Assembly: GCA_041611735.1 (NCBI GenBank)
Contig: JBFIML010000049.1
Coordinates: forward strand, 1 to 28,033
Direction: 5' to 3'
Source: Myxococcota bacterium
GTDB taxonomy: Bacteria > Myxococcota_A > UBA9160 > PR03
DNA length: 28,033 nt
Shown: in pieces, positions 26,363 to 28,033 of the stretch
Numbering within the stretch: position 1 is the first letter of the stretch
How the letters are laid out: each line of letters begins with the position of its first letter
Program-made: the position numbers and the translations under genes
Notes under the pieces: generated by a model
Told to the model about the DNA's origin: nothing
Seen by the model: only the letters and a program-made list of their open reading frames with translations
The model's database searches: none

Positions 26363-27145
26363 ATGAAGGACGCACTCGACTTCACGGGCAAGGTGGTGAT
26401 CGTGACCGGCGGCGGACGCGGCGTCGGTCGCGGCATCAGCGAGCGCTTCCTGGAAGCCGGAGCCGAGGTGGTGATCTGCGGGCGCAACGAGTCCGAGGCG
26501 CCTCCCACGGCCGGCCGCCGCAGCGCCCGCTTCGTGCAGGCGGACGTGCGCGAGCTCGACCAGATCGAGCGCGTGATCGCCTTCGTCACGGAGCGGCTGG
26601 GCCGGCTCGACGTGCTGGTGAACAACGCCGGCGGCTCGCCCCCCGCCGAGGCGGCCAGCGTATCGCCGCGCTTCTCGGAGTCGATCATCCGCCTGAACCT
26701 GATCGCGCCGCTCCACTTCGCCCAGAAGGCCAACGCCGTGATGCAGCGCCAGGACGAAGGCGGCGTCGTCCTGAACGTGGCGAGCGTCTCCGGCACGCGC
26801 GCCTCCCCCGGCACCGCCGCCTACGGCGCCGCCAAGGCGGGGCTGCTCAACCTGACGCAGACGCTGGCCGTCGAGTGGGCGCCCAAGGTGCGCGTGAACG
26901 CGGTCACCGCGGGCCTGATCCGCACCGAACAGGCGCACCTGCACTACGGCGACGAGGAGGGGATCCGGGCCGTGGCGGCCACGATTCCGCTGGGCCGCCT
27001 GGGCACCCCCCGCGACGTGGGCGACGCCTGTCTCTTCCTGGCCTCGCCGCTGGCCCGCTACGTCTCCGGCGCGAGCCTCCGGGTGCACGGAGGCGGCGAG
27101 TGGCCGGCCTTCCTCGGCGCGGCGAAGCCGGGGGACTCGCAGTAG
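26363..27145 (+). CDS. Short-chain dehydrogenase/reductase, Rv3549c-like
   Basis: TGGGRGVG, LVNNAGGSP, SPGTAAYGAAKAGLLNLTQTLAVEWAPKVRVN, YVSGASLRVHGGGEWP resemble the SDR that neighbours echA20/ipdAB in actinobacteria. Confidence 0.85.
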   Translation: MKDALDFTGKVVIVTGGGRGVGRGISERFLEAGAEVVICGRNESEAPPTAGRRSARFVQADVRELDQIERVIAFVTERLGRLDVLVNNAGGSPPAEAASVSPRFSESIIRLNLIAPLHFAQKANAVMQRQDEGGVVLNVASVSGTRASPGTAAYGAAKAGLLNLTQTLAVEWAPKVRVNAVTAGLIRTEQAHLHYGDEEGIRAVAATIPLGRLGTPRDVGDACLFLASPLARYVSGASLRVHGGGEWPAFLGAAKPGDSQ

Positions 27146-27214
27146 CCATCCCCCGGGCCCGGGGACGATCCCTCTGGCACGGCGATTGCTGGGATCAGGT
27201 CGGGAGAAACCCCA

Positions 27215-28033
27215 TTGAGCCTGCGCAGCGCCCGCAACTGGATCGCCCTGGAGATCGGCGTCGCCTTGGTCCTGCTGCTCGCCGCAGGCTCCGCCCGGGC
27301 CGGGACGCTCCCCTTCACGGGGACGCTCACGTTGCAGCTCGGGACCCTGCCGGCCCTCTCCGGGGTCGGGGCGGGCTGGCCCTGGTGAGCGCAGACGGGA
27401 ACCTGCACCTGCTCTCCGTCTCGCTTCCGGGGGGGGACCTTCGGACCGCTCAGTACCTCCATCCCGGAGACGGCCCAGGCGGGCCTTCAGTCGGTGCGCT
27501 TCACCGGCCTCCAGAACCTGAGCGGCGGGTTCGCCAATCTATCGGGCGGGCCGCCCGAGGCGGCGCTCTGCCCCTGCAGGGTATGGCCCGCTTCCGTCTC
27601 AGCTTCGATCCGATCTGCCAGATCGTGTTCTTTCCGATCCCCTTCACGCCGACGGGAGCTCCGTCGAAGGGCTTCGCGGTAGGGGGCGTCCAGACGCTGC
27701 CGGGATCGGTCAGCTTCACTCTCCACCACGCGGCCTGGACGATCGGGCAGCCGGTGATCGCGATCCACGTCCCGATGTCCACGGTGACGACCCCGATGCT
27801 CCCGGGCGGCTTCGCCCACGGCCCGGCGTCGGGCACGTCGAGCACGGCGCAGGCCTCCGGGGCGCTCCAGCTCGTGACGGCGACGCGCGTGTTCACGAGC
27901 CTGACGGGTGGGTGGCCGGAGCTCGCTCTGACGGGCGTCCTCACCCTCCACTTCGTCCCGGAGCCCGGGACGCTCGCCCTGCTCGTGTCCGGCGGGGTCG
28001 TGCTCACGCTGGCGGGGCGGCGCCGCGCCCGCC
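27215..28033 (+). pseudogene. Frameshifted PEP-CTERM sorting-domain surface protein (runs off the window end)
   Basis: Manual translation: TTG 27215 after GGAG gives a signal peptide (...LVLLLAAGSARA|GTLPFTGTL). The frame from about 27559 gives ...GFAHGPASGTSSTAQASGALQLVT...LTLHFVPEPGTLALLVSGGVVLTLAGRRRAR. Three 1-nt indels are needed (about 27377, G8 run 27429-27436, about 27558). Confidence 0.8.

Noticed and set aside
58-26814. Many long overlapping or antisense ORFs in the track (e.g. 58-1614+, 11557-14250-, 17121-19190-, 22704-24305+, 24510-26366+)
   Set aside because: Shadow ORFs expected at very high GC. They are Arg/Pro/Ala-rich or antisense to well-supported genes and carry no recognisable motifs.
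27151-27172. Palindrome CCCCGGGCCCGGGG followed by GGGGACGATCCC as an eighth repeat arm
   Set aside because: Similarity stops after GGGGACG and the TTGACT core is absent. GC-only palindromes are common at this composition; at most a weak hairpin after the SDR.
27386-27388. TGA read-through or selenocysteine in the PEP-CTERM gene
   Set aside because: The alternative frame gives a more protein-like sequence (ALVSADGNLHLLSVSLPGG), and a further frameshift is needed downstream anyway.

Overview
Very GC-rich bacterial DNA that is almost entirely lipid/steroid catabolism. A PEP-CTERM protein at the right end implies a Gram-negative host; Myxococcota/deltaproteobacteria-like is an inference only. 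The left arm (minus strand) carries a Baeyer-Villiger-type monooxygenase, a zinc-ribbon/class III cyclase/STAND-ATPase/TPR signalling protein, and a putative operon of APH-like kinase, acyl-CoA ligase, DUF35 OB-fold protein, atypical thiolase and SnoaL protein. A secreted alpha/beta hydrolase and a second acyl-CoA ligase follow. The centre (plus strand) is a steroid C/D-ring (HIP) degradation operon: SDR, ipdA, ipdB, ipdC, echA20, fadE31/fadE32-like, fadA6, Rv3548c-like SDR and another acyl-CoA dehydrogenase. An inverted zwf-pgl-gnd operon separates this from an Rv3549c-like SDR. A triple-frameshifted PEP-CTERM gene ends the window. The main unexplained structure is a 30-bp motif (consensus GGGGACGTTSTYGACTRATTGACTTCTYC). 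It occurs seven times: three 88-109 bp inverted-repeat elements plus one solo arm. All sit at gene junctions inside the catabolic operons, and arms supply the stop codons of two genes and the apparent N-terminus of a third. No transposase, CRISPR array or RNA gene was recognised.
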